Of a DNA stretch of 32,000 bases, positions 30,842 through 32,000 are shown in pieces. The DNA is from Candidatus Korarchaeum cryptofilum OPF8 (GTDB taxonomy: Archaea > Korarchaeota > Korarchaeia > Korarchaeales > Korarchaeaceae), in contig NC_010482.1 in NCBI RefSeq assembly GCF_000019605.1, positions 900,001-932,000 of the forward strand, read 5' to 3'. The notes under the pieces were generated by a model. That model saw only the letters and a program-made list of their open reading frames with translations. It was not told the DNA's origin and searched no databases. Both the position numbers and the translations under genes were made by a program. How positions within the stretch are numbered: the stretch's first letter is position 1; each line of letters starts with the position of its first letter.

Positions 30842-31912
30842 ATGGCTGAGGGTTGCCCGGATGGAGCGCCCCATCGGGTCAGGGCGAAGCTTCAAGTCCA
30901 GCTGGAGGGAGGAGCTGTAAGGTGCCTCGCCTGCCCCAGGAAATGCTTTATCCCTGAGGGAAGGTATGGGTTATGCAGATCCAAGGTAAACGTTAGGGGC
31001 ATGCTCTGCGAGGTCAATTATGGGATGATGAGTAGCGTAGCCCTCGATCCTATAGAGAAGAAGCCCCTCTTCCACTTCATGCCCGGGAGCAGGACTTACA
31101 GCATAGGCACAGTTGGTTGCAATATGTTCTGCGATCACTGCCAGAACTGGATAATAAGCCAGTCAGATCCAGAGAAATTCCAGGATCTCATTTACTTACC
31201 TCCAGAGGAGGCTGTGAGGGAGGCTATGAGCTATGGAGCTAAGAGCATAGCTTTCACATACAACGAGCCCACTATAGTGAGCATGGAGTGGGTAGTTGAG
31301 ACAGCTGAACTCGCTAAGAGAGCGGGGCTCGCTACTATAAGCGTGACCAATGGATATTGGAGCGAGGAAGCCAGGGAGAGGCTGATACCTGTTATAGATG
31401 CAGCTAATGTCGATGTTAAGGCCTTCACAGACCAGTTCTACAGGAAAGTAGCTAAAGTTCCCTTCTTGAAGCCTATTTTGGATACTGTGATCGAGTTGAA
31501 GAGGGCCGGGAGGCACGTGGAGCTCACCTACCTTATAATACCGGGATACAACGATGGGGAGGATGAGATAAGATCATTCTCCAGATGGGTCTCAGAGGAG
31601 GTAAGCGCTGACACTCCGGTGCATTTCTCCAGGTTCTTCCCACACTATAAGATGAAGAGCATACCTCCCACACCCATCCAGACGATGGAGAGGGCCCTCT
31701 CTATAGCGAGGGAAGAGGGCTTGAAGTACGTTTACTCTGGGAACGTTCCAGGGGACCCCAGCGAGAATACTTACTGCCCTAAGTGTGGGACCCTCTTGAT
31801 AAAGAGGTACGGGTTCTACGTTGAGAGGTGCAATTTAACGGATGGCAGATGCCCAAAATGCGGTGAGGAGATACCTATAGTCGGTAGATGTTCTAAGAGC
31901 GGATTCTTCTGA
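30842..31912 (+). CDS. amrS: AmmeMemoRadiSam-system radical SAM enzyme (PFL-activase-like)
   Basis: The radical SAM cluster is GCNMFCDHCQNW. The family-typical N-terminus is CLACPRKCFIPEGRYGLCRSKVNVRG, followed by DPIEKKPLFHFMPGS. A C-terminal Cys4 motif (CPKCG...CPKCG) is present. GTG 30833 is an alternative start. Confidence 0.85.
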   Translation: MAEGCPDGAPHRVRAKLQVQLEGGAVRCLACPRKCFIPEGRYGLCRSKVNVRGMLCEVNYGMMSSVALDPIEKKPLFHFMPGSRTYSIGTVGCNMFCDHCQNWIISQSDPEKFQDLIYLPPEEAVREAMSYGAKSIAFTYNEPTIVSMEWVVETAELAKRAGLATISVTNGYWSEEARERLIPVIDAANVDVKAFTDQFYRKVAKVPFLKPILDTVIELKRAGRHVELTYLIIPGYNDGEDEIRSFSRWVSEEVSADTPVHFSRFFPHYKMKSIPPTPIQTMERALSIAREEGLKYVYSGNVPGDPSENTYCPKCGTLLIKRYGFYVERCNLTDGRCPKCGEEIPIVGRCSKSGFF

Positions 31913-31921
31913 GGTTTTATT

Positions 31922-32000
31922 ATGAGGGTACTTCAGATCTGCCACAGATTCCCGCCCCATCCGGGTGGCATCGAGTACCATGTGAAGAGGCTCTCCAGAT
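31922..32000 (+). CDS. 5-prime end of a GT-B (GT4-like) glycosyltransferase gene, truncated by the window edge
   Basis: GAGGT lies 6 nt upstream of ATG 31922. MRVLQICHRFPPHPGGIEYHVKRLSR matches the common GT4 N-terminal pattern (M-[KR]-[IV]-L-x-[IV]-x-x-x-x-P-P-x-x-G-G-x-E). Confidence 0.55.
   Translation, partial: MRVLQICHRFPPHPGGIEYHVKRLSR

Noticed and set aside
1-32000. CRISPR arrays, tRNA or rRNA genes, and IS elements, transposases or integrases
   Set aside because: I saw no regularly spaced direct repeats, no T-loop (GGTTCGAATC-like) or cloverleaf candidates in the intergenic regions, and no ORF with DDE, tyrosine- or serine-recombinase motifs. This was a scan by eye, so short or degenerate elements could have been missed.

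Overview
Densely coding archaeal chromosome segment. The archaeal assignment rests on A/T-rich TATA-type promoters about 25 nt upstream of apparently leaderless first genes, and on GGAGGTGA-type Shine-Dalgarno sites with 1-4 nt stop/start overlaps inside operons. It also rests on oligo-T terminators, AGG/AGA/ATA-rich codon usage and a tungsten-type aldehyde:ferredoxin oxidoreductase. This fits a thermophilic archaeon, possibly Korarchaeota or Thermoproteota, but the species cannot be determined from the window alone. The left half (597-15856) is unusual. (i) A seven-gene, translationally coupled operon (597-6157) encodes five divergent, tail-less FtsZ/tubulin-superfamily paralogs, interleaved with a stand-alone PRC-barrel protein and a small Pro/Gln-repeat protein. 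(ii) A small-GTPase neighbourhood (9462-15856) contains an MglA-type GTPase coupled to a 528-aa coiled-coil/winged-helix protein. It also holds two further uncharacterised proteins, a Roadblock/LC7 protein, and an Arf-family-like GTPase with an N-terminal amphipathic helix fused to a Roadblock/longin-type domain. A longin-like protein and a polytopic membrane protein complete it. The right half is ordinary housekeeping: ilvD, two cupins, an Nramp-like transporter, pfpI/DJ-1, pyruvate phosphate dikinase, pstCAB without pstS, AOR, a DAP-decarboxylase-like enzyme, a displaced phoU, a secreted protein, the AmmeMemoRadiSam radical SAM enzyme and the start of a glycosyltransferase. I saw no rRNA, tRNA, CRISPR array or transposase. 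All functional calls come from motif reading by eye. No database search was possible.
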